A DNA stretch of 55,007 nucleotides. It comes from Cyanophora paradoxa CCMP329. Lineage: Eukaryota; Plantae; Glaucophyta. The number at the start of each line of letters is the position of its first letter. Positions within the stretch are counted from its first letter, which is position 1. Both the position numbers and the translations under genes were made by a program. The stretch spans positions 1-55,007 of the forward strand of contig QPMI01000334.1 of the NCBI GenBank assembly GCA_004431415.1, read 5' to 3'. Shown here one piece after another: positions 24,447 through 35,667 of the stretch. The notes beneath the pieces were generated by a model, which worked only from the letters and a program-made list of their open reading frames with translations, was not told where the DNA came from and did no database searches.

Positions 24447-25180
24447 CACTTCTGGGCTCCACTGGCTGCAATTGCAGCCCTTTCTCGGAACATTTGCCCA
24501 TGGTGCGGGCCATCCTGTCGTTGATGTGCCCCCCCCCCCCCCCCTCTCTTCTAATTCGACTGCAGGAAATTTCACTGTACCTGGGGCGGCTGCGGGATCT
24601 GACCCTGTCTGGAAGTGCTTTCGAGATGCCTCTCCCATTGCACCAGGAAACAGTTGACCGCCTCAAAAACCGCCACCTCCGCCGCCTTCGGGCAGCAGTT
24701 GTGGACAAGTTCAACGAGGAGCGCAATCGTCAGCGGCACTCCAGCCTTCGCCTCACTCATCCCCCTCGATATCCAGAATTTCACGAAGTGCTGCAGGTTC
24801 GTGTCCTGATATCATGGGACCCCATTGTGTTCAATTAGACTTGACCCTGATCAGGGCACGGAGGCTCTTCTCGAACTCAAAATTGAGCAACCACACCCCT
24901 TCGTCAAAGCTTCTTCTCGTTACCGCAGATATCCACGGACAGAAGCATACACATATCGCATATCTGCCAATGCAGCAGCAGCGGCAGCGGTGGCGGCGAA
25001 GGAGGAAAGAAATGCGGACCTCATGTCTCCCAGTATGCCCCTCCCGTCCTCCTCTGGCCCTCCTGTGGAGCCCCCCGCTCCGCCTCTAGTGCTCCCCATG
25101 TCTGCCCCCTCGGCCCGCCCCACTCGCCCATACAGGCCTCCGGGGGGGCCTGTTTACCCGGCCCCCGAGATGTAACACTT
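23723..25180 (+). repeat. ~729 bp tandem duplication of the 3' end of the F-box/LRR gene
   Basis: 23723-24451 is repeated at 24449-25180 with a CTT junction microhomology. Stops at 24446 and 25175. Confidence 0.96.
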
Positions 25181-25522
25181 TGATGTCTGGCATGGTTGTG
25201 ATGTTCTGGGAAGCACTCAGCCCTATGCCCCCATGTTCTCCCTTGTGGCATGGTAGTGATGTTCTGGGCGCCACTCAGCCTCAGGAGCTTCACATCTTTG
25301 CAGATAGTGCTGAGTATTCCGAGCCCCTCCCCATGCCCTTTGCCAGCTTTCTGTTCCACGCTCCACACATTCCCTAATTCGACCTTTAGCTGTCTATTGA
25401 CTTTTAATCGAATTTCCAGTCTGTGGCCATCTGTGGCCATGTCGTGGCCATCGAATCCCGAGCTCCAGCACTGGGCCAGGGCAGGGATAGAGAGATCACG
25501 ATCAACTCCGGAGGAGGAATTA

Positions 25523-27130
25523 TCAGTATTCTTGCAGTATTCCTCTATCTATTCTGATCTCTCTCGTGTGCTCTGTGATCTTCTTATCCTTGAGCTCTCT
25601 ACAGTATTCTTCTATCCGCTCTGTGCAAGGTCGAATTCGAATCCGGTAGAAGGAAGGGCATTCAAGTGCATCAAGGAAGGGCATTACAGGGAATGTGCTG
25701 GAACTCATGGAAAGGAGATCGTGATGGGAACCGGCTGTGAGCGGCTCAGCCTGAGAATGAGAACACAGGCGTGCATTGCTTGGGCTGCGCACATCGGAAT
25801 CCCAGTCCGCACGCCGGACACCGTAGTCCCAGAAGATCTCACGACCCTTCGGAATGTCCGTGGCGGCATAGAATGCGAGATGGTACTGCCCGTTGGGAAG
25901 CTTGATGATCCTGTCAAGTGCAAGAGGATAGAACCACTGGAGCCATGCACGAGGAAATGATGCATGCACCGCTGACGTGTGTTTGGGCACTGAGAGTGGT
26001 TTACATACTTGAAGGGCCTGTCGTTGTACAGATCCGAGGCTGGATTCAATCTGAAGCAAGTTTTGAGAATCAAAGCGAATCATCAGGAGGCACACACAAG
26101 GCACACGCAAGTTCGAAAGAAGCAGGAAATTCAAACATGAAGAAGATGCCCTCCTCCTCGTGCTTCTTGAATAGGGCATCAATTCTAGCCGCTCCGACTA
26201 CCGCCTCTCCAGGAAACAAGCCGAGCAGCTGCAGCAAAACTCAGACACAGTCAAGCAGCAGCAGCATGACGTGAGGGAAACACAGTCAAGACCTCGTCTC
26301 TCTTAAAAGAACGGGAGGCGAACACAGATATCTCGGTCTTGGATCTTTGAAGTTTAGCGTCCTCAGGCATGTTGGAGGGAAAGGCCTCCACAAGTCGGAC
26401 GCAAAGGTCCCGCTCCTGTTTCTTGGCGAGGGCCACCACGGACATGCTAACTGGCTGTGGCTTCTTCCAGCTCTCGTCCTACTCAACCTGATTAATAGCC
26501 AGTTGACCGACAAATCTCATTGAGAAGCACCTGCAGCTCCTCATTTGGGCGAAGCTTTTTGGCTCGGAGCCGTCCCCGCGATGGACGCTGAGAAGCTTGT
26601 TCAGGGCCTTTGAAAGTTTGCAGAGGTGTACGACATACAGACCACTGCGACTTCCTCTGGCTTGCACGAGTTCTCGAATTCCTCCACGAGCGTTCGGCAC
26701 CGCTTCAAGTGATGACTGGGTTCCCACGTATTCTTCTTCTTGGTGTAGCCCTTCCATTTTACAAGGTACTTCTTCACGCCCTGTAGTCGGAATGAGCAAG
26801 GTCTATCGGCAAGCGAAGGCCGCTTTGCGAACATCGACAATTTTCAAGTCCACGATCCGCTCGACCTTGTACCAGCCGCGCTTCCGCTTGCTCGCTTGAG
26901 CCACAGCGGAAAGCCCCTGCGGTGGCTGCAGCTTGCGCTTGGCACGACAGCCCTGCGGGTCCGTGCGTGAGCGTGCAGGCCCCTTAGTGGGCGCCGCCTT
27001 GATGGGCTGCGGCGCACTGATTCGACAGGGTTACGAAGAGCGTGTTCATGTTCTACGGACGCTGCCGGTCCGGTTGCTGCCAGACGCTTAGAATCAGAAG
27101 GAGGCGGCGAGCAAGCGCGAGCAAGTAAAA
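25523..27130 (-). CDS. Chromodomain + SET-domain protein (putative histone lysine methyltransferase)
   Basis: Chromo (~26670-26875): WYKVERIVD...GVKKYLVKWKGYTKKKNTWEPSHHLKRCRTLVEEFE. SET: SVFASRSFKRDEVL...FKYVNHSQCPN...LAFYAATDIPKGREIFWDYG. The start may lie in or beyond the 399 bp array. Confidence 0.9.
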
Positions 27131-27391
27131 GCACCGCGTTTGATGCTAGGCTTCAGCACGATTGCCGCGGAACCCGCGGCAAGGCTCAGGAGTCTGGAGC
27201 CAGGGGCTCAGGACGACGAGCTGCGCTGGGGGTGGGGTACGCAAAATCGTTTCAAGCTGTGACGGGCCAGGCAGCAAGCAGCAAGCCACGAGACGAGTGG
27301 CTGCGCGAGCAGCTGCTCTTACGAGCTCAACATGGTCAGTACGCATGCACACACACACGCATGGTATAGAGCGCAGACTGACGGCCGCAGC

Positions 27392-28770
27392 AGAACTCTC
27401 GCAGACCGACGGGCTTCGGGAGCCCGTTCGAGTTCCCCCGGAGAGCCCTTCCGGTCTCAGAGGTGAGAGCTGCATCTCGATACTGGCTCTGCTGCAGGCG
27501 GCCCAGTCCCGTGGCAGAAGTTTCAGGAACGCGATTCCAACTATCCCCCTCGTCCCCAAGAGAGTGCTGCTCTGCAAACGCCTGGGCCCCTGGCTGCTTC
27601 ACGGGGCAACGCGGTCCGTGCGCTCGACACACGTTCAAGCTGGTCTCTGATGTCCTTCCAGGAATCCCCGAACCCCACCACTGTGGCGGCAAGTACTGAC
27701 CTGCATTCTGTTCTCGTCCTCCGTGCTAATCGAGCCGATGAATGCAGCTTCCAGCTTGGGATGCTCGTGCACTCAGAACCTCGTCCCGTCCGAACTCTAG
27801 CAGACCGACGGGCTTCGGGAGCCCGTTCGAGTTCCCCCGGAGAGCCCTTCCGGTCTCAGAGGTGAGAGCTGCATCTCGATACTGGCTCTGCTGCAGGCGG
27901 CCCAGTCCCGTGGCAGAAGTTTCAGGAACGCGATTCCAACTATCCCCCTCGTCCCCAAGAGAGTGCTTCTCTGCAAACGCCTGGGCCCCTGGCTGCTTCA
28001 CGGGGCAATGCGGTCCGTGCGCTCGACGCACGTTCAAGCTGGTCTCTGATGTCCATCCAGGAATCCCCGAACCCCACCACTGTGGCGGCAAGTACTGACC
28101 TGCATTCTGTTCTCGTCCTCCGTGCTAATCGAGCCGATGAATGCAGCTTCCAGCTTGGGATGCTCGTGCACTCAGAACCTCGTCCCGTCAGAACTCTAGC
28201 AGACCGACGGGCTTCGGGAGCCCGTTCGAGTTCCCCCGGAGAGCCCTCCCGGTCTCAGAGGTGAGAGCTGCATCTCGATGCTGGCTCTGCTGCAGGCGAC
28301 CCAGTCCCGTGGCAGAAATTTCTGGAACGCGATTCCAACTATCCCCCTCGTCCCCAAGAGAGTGCTTCTCTGCAAACGCCTGGGCCCCTGGCTGCTTCAC
28401 GGGGCAATGCGGTCCGTGCGCTCGACGCACGTTCAAGCTGGTCTCTGATGTCCTTCCAGGAATCCCCGAACCCCACCACTGTGGCGGCAAGTACTGACCT
28501 GCATTCTGTTCTCGTCCTCCGTGCTAATCGAGCCGATGAATGCAGCTTCCAGCTTGGGATGTTCGTGCACTCAGAACCTCGTCCCGTCAGAACTCTAGCA
28601 GACCGACGGGCTTCGGGAGCCCGTTCAAGCTCCCCCGGAGAGCCCTCCCGGTCTCAGAGGTGAGAGCTGCATCTCGATGCTGGCTCTGCTGCAGGCGACC
28701 CAGTCCCGTGGCAGAAGTTTCAGGAACGCGATTCCAACTATCCCCCTCGTCCCCAAGAGAGTGCTTCTCC
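27392..28770. repeat. 399 bp tandem repeat, ~3.5 copies
   Basis: GAACTCT.GCAGACCGACGGGCTTCGGGAGCC at ~27392, 27791, 28190 and 28589. ORFs repeat every 399 bp. Confidence 0.97.
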
Positions 28771-28937
28771 GTTGAACAAATTTCGAGCCTTCGAGAAATT
28801 CAAGGCCCCATGCAATATGTGTGTCTCAGTCTGCATCGCATCTGTTCTTGTTGCTAAATGATTTGCACAGCATCAAATGTTGCTCTGAGAAAACCTCATC
28901 GACAAGGTTGCTTTCGGTCAAGGAGCAGAACATTGGC

Positions 28938-30680
28938 ATGGACATTACTCTTAAATCGGTGCCGATTTGTGTTTCATTACACCTTCGGCATGTGCCTCAC
29001 CACGTGCCGCAGCCCTGTACTTCACCTGCTCAGCAACGGAGCGCACAGCAACAAAGTCTAGCTACTGGGTGCACAGTTGAAGAGAACAGCAGGCCATCGA
29101 AACGTCAATGCTGTGCATCAGCCTCCTCGACGCAGCCTCTTCAGACAGGCCTGCTCAGCCTGTCATCTGAACTGCTTGCCTTGATTGTAATGCGCCTTTC
29201 ATCTGCTGATAAACGCTCATTTGCTCTCGTGTCGGATGCAACACGTCGTGCTGTCAGCGAATGCGAGGACCAGCTGCGCCTCAGTAAAGACTTCATGGCA
29301 TGTGGTCGTTTCCACGAGTACATCCTGGGGTTGCGACGCCGCGGCCAGCTTACACGTCTGACAATCAGTCCGAATGGCCGTCATGTACTGGCAAACCAGA
29401 CTGACCTCTATCTACGTGTTGAAAACTATAGACAGTCCACCCCGCAGTACATGCATTCGGCTTGCTACCGCCTCGATGAGCGGGGGGACCATGAGCCAGT
29501 TATCAACGATGACGGCACCGCCATGTTGGTCAAATGCACCCTCGACGACATTGACAGTGAGCACTTCTGAATAATTGTTGCAGGGACTGCATGCTCATCT
29601 CTTCACAAACACAGATACCTGTGCCTCCGAAGACATAAGTGGCTGCAGCGAGGGCTCCCGGGATGCAGCCACGTTTTCTGTTTTGCAATGGGCCAAGGCC
29701 ACCGACAGCGACTCTGAGGACAGTGACTCCGAGCGAGAGAACCCCCCAAGTGACTACGAAAAGAACGACTATCGAGACACGTATGTACCTGAGCCTTAGC
29801 TTTGGTCTTCTACGCCGGCATAACACGGCTCTTTCTTATCTCCAGGGTAAAAGTCATCAAGGTTGGAGGCGCGAAGAGCCTGTTTTCCACTGTCACGCAA
29901 GTTCGGACTTGCATTCCCCCTGTGCTCACCCGGAGTGGAGCGTACTCGCTGTACTCCAAAGAAACCGGCGATGAAACCGCCATGTTCCTCAGGAATATCA
30001 CCAAGAAGACCGACGTCCGTGTGATCGGTTCTCCAGCTCTGGACACGCTTGCAGCCAGTTGGCCTCCAGAGAAAGCATCAATGAAGCCGAACACCGAGGG
30101 GACTTTGCTCCTGATTCTATTCAAGACACGAGAGCGAAATGGACCTGGCAGTTTGGAGCAACGAGTGATTGTCAACCCCGAGACTGGTGAGGCGCGTGAT
30201 GTGGATCTTGGTCTCGACGAGAGATGGGCTCCCGAAGCTTTCCCGTATGGGTGCGGCTCTGGATGGCTCATTGTGTTTGATGCAAACCTTCACACCAAGG
30301 CCACATACGTCTCAAGAAAACAACTGATTGACCTTGTAGCGTTCTTCGTCCACAAGGACGGCCGCACAGAGCCCGTCAACACTGTGCGAAGCAACAGATT
30401 TGATCAGTTCAGGTTCTTCACAGCTCATGACATGATCCTGTTCCTTCTGCGCCTTGAGCAAACTGGGCTGGCTTCAAGCTTAAACAGAGCAGCCTCGTTC
30501 GGTTTCTACAAGCTGGAGCATGATCAGCTGAAGTACATCGCAATGCCCCTTGTGGACTGGCTTCCTGGTGCATTTGCATGTGCAGGAAGCGGGCGTTGCA
30601 TTGCTTTCGACTACTTCTCGAAAAAGCTCATTTGCTGGGATGGAGGAATGGAAAACATACCACCCAGAATCCACGTTTAG
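28938..30680 (+). CDS. F-box protein with an acidic linker and a beta-rich C-terminal domain
   Basis: F-box-like LLSLSSELLALIVMRLSSADKRSFALVSDATRRAV, acidic DSDSEDSDSE, and a long terminal exon (29846-30680). Confidence 0.7.
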
Positions 30681-31336
30681 GGAACCCTGCTCTGCCGTTT
30701 TGCAGGATCTTTAGCATGACTCAGTTCACGTGTGATGATTTTGAAAATTCAAAACCGAAACCGAAAAACCGAAATTCAAAGTGATCCAGAGCCCTCATCC
30801 CTCGATAAAGATCTGAACTCTGAACTCAAGATCGCGATCGATATCAGTGGTATCATAGGATGTACGTATAGGTACGAATTTCTTTCTAAGCTTAAGCGTG
30901 CCCAAATTAAACCACTGTGCGCGTGCATTGGCCACACTGTGACAATTGCAACGAGAGCTCTCAATTTCAATTGCATTTGCAAAGCATGTGCATGCATATG
31001 CTCTCAGAGCTCAGCTCCGACACTGACTGCTTTCACTGCTTTCAGATTCAAGGGTACACGAGAGGTACTGCTAAATGTACACAAGAACATGCTGCAATGC
31101 ATGACAGCACACTGCTGACTGTACAGATATAGCAATGTGGGTTTTCCACGGAGGAACCTACTGAAACTGGCTATATAACATGCTCAATGATGCTTGAGCA
31201 ATGGAAAACTGTGGCTCAGGGCGGCTGCACTGCACGGAGCTGCATTCTGTAGCAGGGGATAGGAGAAGATGAAAGAGGTTTGGTGAAAAGTGCTTGAACT
31301 CAGGCTCACTTCTTCGGGGAGTACACAATGGTAATT

Positions 31337-31850
31337 CTATCGCTGCCCGGCTCGAAAGTGACCTGCGGCAAGTCCTAAGCCCCACGTGGACAGCGAGAAA
31401 ATCCTGCCACCAACCTTGCGGGTGTTGAAGTCGCTGATGCGAACCTTGCGCACCTTCCGCAGTTTCTAGACGAAAATTATCAAAAAGAAGGCAAAAGAAA
31501 CTCACGCCTTTGACCTCGGCGATGACTCCCGCGACAGCGTTGCGCTCGCTGAGCATGTGAGTCACGGGCTCGTACGTGTTTGACGGCTCGCCCTCAGCCC
31601 AATGCACGATCGCCATCCGCTTACGGTCGCCGGCTTTCGGATCGTAGCGAATCCCATCGATTGTTTGCACTGTGTAGGTCGCGGCCTGCGAACGCATTCA
31701 ACTGCAGATGCATTGAAGGAAAAATTCAAGAACGATGAACCTCATCTTCGGAAGATTCCGCGCGAGGGGGAGTCTCTGACCGCAGCAAACGGCGGGGCTT
31801 TTTCGCAGCGCCCGAAGGACCGGCGATCACGCCGCCGGGCGAAGCATCAT
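31337..31850 (-). CDS. Small protein with a divergent chromodomain
   Basis: TYTVQTIDGIRYDPKAGDRKRMAIVHWAEGEPSNTYEPVTHM resembles chromo Y.VE.I...R....YLVKW.....TWEP..H. Upstream exon AAKKPRR...AESSEDE. Confidence 0.5.
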
Positions 31851-32205
31851 CCGAGATTGGCGAGGCGTTACGCAGGCGATTGCGGCCTGCAAGAGAAAAG
31901 TATGTCCGCGGCAAGGAAGTGGACCCGGCCGGGAAGGAGGAAGAGGACAAGGGCACCTGACATTACTGGACACCGTGCGGGTGGTGGCAGAACTCCAAAC
32001 AACTGGGTGGTGACGAGTGGGAGCTGCGGGTCTATACGTGACTGTACCCTCACACCTTCCGCCACTGGACCGCCAGGACACGCCTGGCTCCGCCAATATG
32101 GTTTTGATTGACCATGCCGTTCAGCATGTACATGCCGCAGTGAAGGTATATATGGAAAACGTCGCACCTCCGACCGCACGGCGCCGCGCTTGACCTTCTG
32201 CACAG

Positions 32206-33052
32206 ATGTCGCATGGCTTGCGCGGCACTCTCGGCGTTCCGCTCGAATCGGCTATTCAGAAGGGTGAAGTCGATGTGCATCTTCCTGTGAACAAGCTCAG
32301 CTACGCGCAAAGCAACGCAATTCGGTCTGCGAAGTGCGCGGTCTCTTGCGCGTGCATGCGCATCTCGCCGTCATCGCCGCAAAGAGCTCCGATTGTGCTT
32401 GTCGCCGCAGGTTCGAGGTGGCCAGGTTCGGCAAGCGTCTGATCGAGTGGTTCCCGAAACGTGCGGCTAGTGCGGTGGCGCCTAGCTAGCTAGCTGCGCT
32501 TGAATGATTGCGTGCGCAGGTTCGCATGCAACTCTGAGCATCTCGATTGCGATTCTGCACCTGCAGACGCCCATCATCACCCCCATGCATAACGATCTCG
32601 TGCACGAATATCCACTTTCCGGAAATGTGCTCTCTCGAATTCGCGGCAGTTTGTTTAGCGCAGGATCTCATCAGATACGCGGAGCCGTTTCAGAACATGC
32701 AGCAGCGCCAGCAGATCGATGTTGTCCCGCTGCGACCTCCTTACATGATCGTCTTCATCTACGAGGAGGGCGAGCGAGTCCCGGACTACGGACAGCTTGA
32801 GCTGGACAAGGAGCTGGAGGCCGAGCTCAGCTCGGTGAAGGCCATGTGGGAGGTCCGCATCTTTCCCAGTCCGCTTCAATCTCACTTGACATCCAGCAGG
32901 AGCAGCGGGATTTAAAGGAGGAGGAGACGGAAGACGAGGAAGAGGATGAGCGTGAGCAGGAGGAGGAAGAGGACGAGGGGGAGCCGCAGCAGCAGCAGCC
33001 ACAGCCACAGCCACAGCCAGCTGTTGCTGTTGTGGACTTAACGAAGGAGTAG
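32206..33052 (+). CDS. Multi-exon hypothetical protein with acidic/Gln-Pro tail ending in a SIM-like VVDLT
   Basis: Exons ...LIRYAEPFQNMQQRQQIDVVPLRPPYMIVFIYEEG...AMWE and EEETEDEEEDEREQEEEEDEGEPQQQQPQPQPQPAVAVVDLTKE*. Start uncertain. Confidence 0.55.
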
Positions 33053-33440
33053 GAGTTGGGGGGGGGGGCAGGTTCTTTGTGACCGCTTGCACGCATTGTT
33101 GTAAATAGTTCTGATCAATGTGTGTAACGTTAACTAGCTATAGTACGTTCAGTTAAGCTTCTTGCACAGTCTACCACGCCTTGAGCTTGACCATGTGCGA
33201 TTGGTTGCTAGCTGTGGTCAGACTTCTTATGACCACTGGCCAAATTGCAATTGCAATGCACATGCACGTGAGGGGCCGCTATTCTCGCAGCAGATGTGCT
33301 GCAAGGCAGAGGCTAGTGCTGCAGATTTCGTTGTTAGGTTCGAATTCACACTCCAAATGTCTAGGCTAATGTCACAGGTTGGTGCTTGGAGAAATATGCT
33401 TGGAAGCTAGCAGTGCTGGCGCCATGAATATGTAGAGAGC

Positions 33441-35412
33441 TCAGTGGACGATGATGTACGCATTCTTGGGCTTGAGCTTTCCCTCCAGGGCGAGGAACGA
33501 GATGCCTGCCTGCTCTGCCTATTAGGCCTGATCTTGATGAGAATGACCACTTCAACTCACCCCGTTGTTCAGCGGGCCCAACTCCGGGACAGACTGAAGC
33601 ATGCGCTTCCCCATGTCTGCTTTCACGAATCCGAATCCGTGGTACTTCGGAAGTACCCCAGACTCCTCAAGAACCATGCCGTAGTCCTGAATCTGATGGC
33701 GAGACATGTGAGCCTACAGAGCCCGAAGCCCCAAAACCAAGCATAACACTCCACCGTCTGGAGGGCGGTGCAGGCATCATGCATGGCTGCATTGCCTTTG
33801 ATCGCCCAACCACCTCCAGTCGTTGGCAGCAAAGCGATGGTCTCGAAGATGATCTTTCGCTGAGACGACGATGCTGACGATGATGGCGATGCCTGAAAAG
33901 GAGTTTGAAAAGGATATGAAACGGAAAAAGACATCAACGCGAAGAGAGACTTGCCTTCGGGGGCTTTGGCTGTGTGGGGACTTTGGCTTCGGCCTGACTT
34001 GGCCCCTGCTCATAGACGTCAGAGGAGGGAAAGTTCATCCCCAAGAACTGCATTTCCTTGCCTTGCAGGGGCGCTTGGCATCAACAGGCGCTGCTGCAGG
34101 GTTGCCAGACGCGTCCCTCTGCGAAGCAAGACTTTACATGTGAGCAAATGTCGAGCACAGGTCATCTGCTTGCCTTCCGGCTGCTGGACTGCGACGAGGA
34201 AGATGGCGAGTCTTCGAATTCGAAGATGCCCGTCATAATCTTCACTGTGAAATCCAGCTGTGCCTTAGGGTCGAGATCCTCGAACCCCCCAAACTTGCTA
34301 GCAGGGAACATCGCCTGGCGTGATGTGTGCTGATTGGGGGACTCAGATTCGATGTATGGCAGAATTTGGAAGAGACTTCGAACCTTGAAGCACTTAGCGT
34401 GCCAGTGCATCGGCTTCTGCTTGATGAAAGGAACACAATAATGGGGCTTGAGATTGCCCACTTGTTCCAAGAGCGTGTTCACTTGATACTTGTCGACGCT
34501 TCATGCATGTAAGCTTGGAGGCATAATGGGGTGAAAGGCAGATCGCACCGCAGTTGACCCTTACAGAAACGCTCGCCACAGCAGAGGCACGTTGCCGTTG
34601 TACTCATCTGGGAGGCCTAGTCAGAAAGGGCTCTACGGTGATTATGCTCACGCGGCTACGCACCTTCTTTGCCTGGCTGACGCCGAAAAGGGACTGCATG
34701 CGCGTCCCGCTGAATGATGTCAGCTGGGGATTGACTCCTGTGAGCGAGGCCTCCGCTTCGGCGTACACCCACATCCTGGAGCATCAGTCAAGAGGAACAT
34801 CTTCCTATTACGCGCACTTAGGAGCGTAGCCTAGCAGGATACACGCTTAGCGCACGATCGACGACACGATCGCAAAGAATCTGTGACGCGCACGGTACCA
34901 AGAGCACGTAACGGCAGTAAGTCACTCGAATGAGCGCACGGCGCGACGGCAAGGTCAGGTGCTGCGAACGAGGAAGCGATGGGAGCTGCACCAAAAAACG
35001 ATCCGTGAGCTCCGGGAGCTGCTTGCATGACACAAAACGGCTACGAGCTCACTGGTTTCGAGCTCATCCCAAGCTCTGGACGATCTCTTGCTTGGATATC
35101 TCGCGTTGTAAGCGGGCTTCTCTCGCTGCAGGGGGTACAACTCCAATTTCAAAGCCTGGAGACCGCAAATCCTACGCCAGCTGCACGTAGAGGCGGAAAG
35201 GCACGCGTACCACGCGTGCCACGCGCATCAGCACGTCCAGCGGTCCATCTGAACTCCCGGTCAACAGAATTTCGGCGTGCCAAAAAAGAGAAGCGCACGA
35301 AAAAGCAGGAAGCGAAGGATCCGGACGGTGCGCTCAGCGTTGTTATGCATTGCAATCACGCTTTCTGAACGCTCATTCCGCTCCTGCACGCAGTTCCTGC
35401 TGAAGAACTCCA
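33441..35412 (-). CDS. Multi-exon protein with a PARP-type zinc finger
   Basis: Spliced ...SQAKK-MSTTATCLCCGERFCKGQLR-...KPMHWHAKCFK-AMFPASKFGGFEDLDPKAQ matches zf-PARP CxxC...KGxLR...HxxC...GFxxLxxxxQ (~34260-34690). Confidence 0.65.
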
Positions 35413-35618
35413 TCGGGGCTGCCAGGACGAGACTTCCGGTGCCTTCGCCCTTTCTACGAGCTCTCATCTCCGCGTTGATCGAAAGAATACGCTTCAGAGT
35501 GGATTCGCAAATTGTTTGCAGGGAAAGTCCAGCACCCGCGCGACCGCGTGGCCCAGCGCGAGGCGAACTTCATCGCACCCGCCGGGCACGGTTTGCGCCA
35601 CGACCCCAACGGCATCAA

Positions 35619-35664
35619 CAGCAGCGACAGCAGCGACAGCAGCGACAGCAGCGACAGCAGCGAC
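35619..35664. repeat. 9 bp tandem repeat (CAGCAGCGA)n between divergent genes
   Basis: About five copies just before the ATG at 35668. Confidence 0.9.
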
Positions 35665-35667
35665 ATC

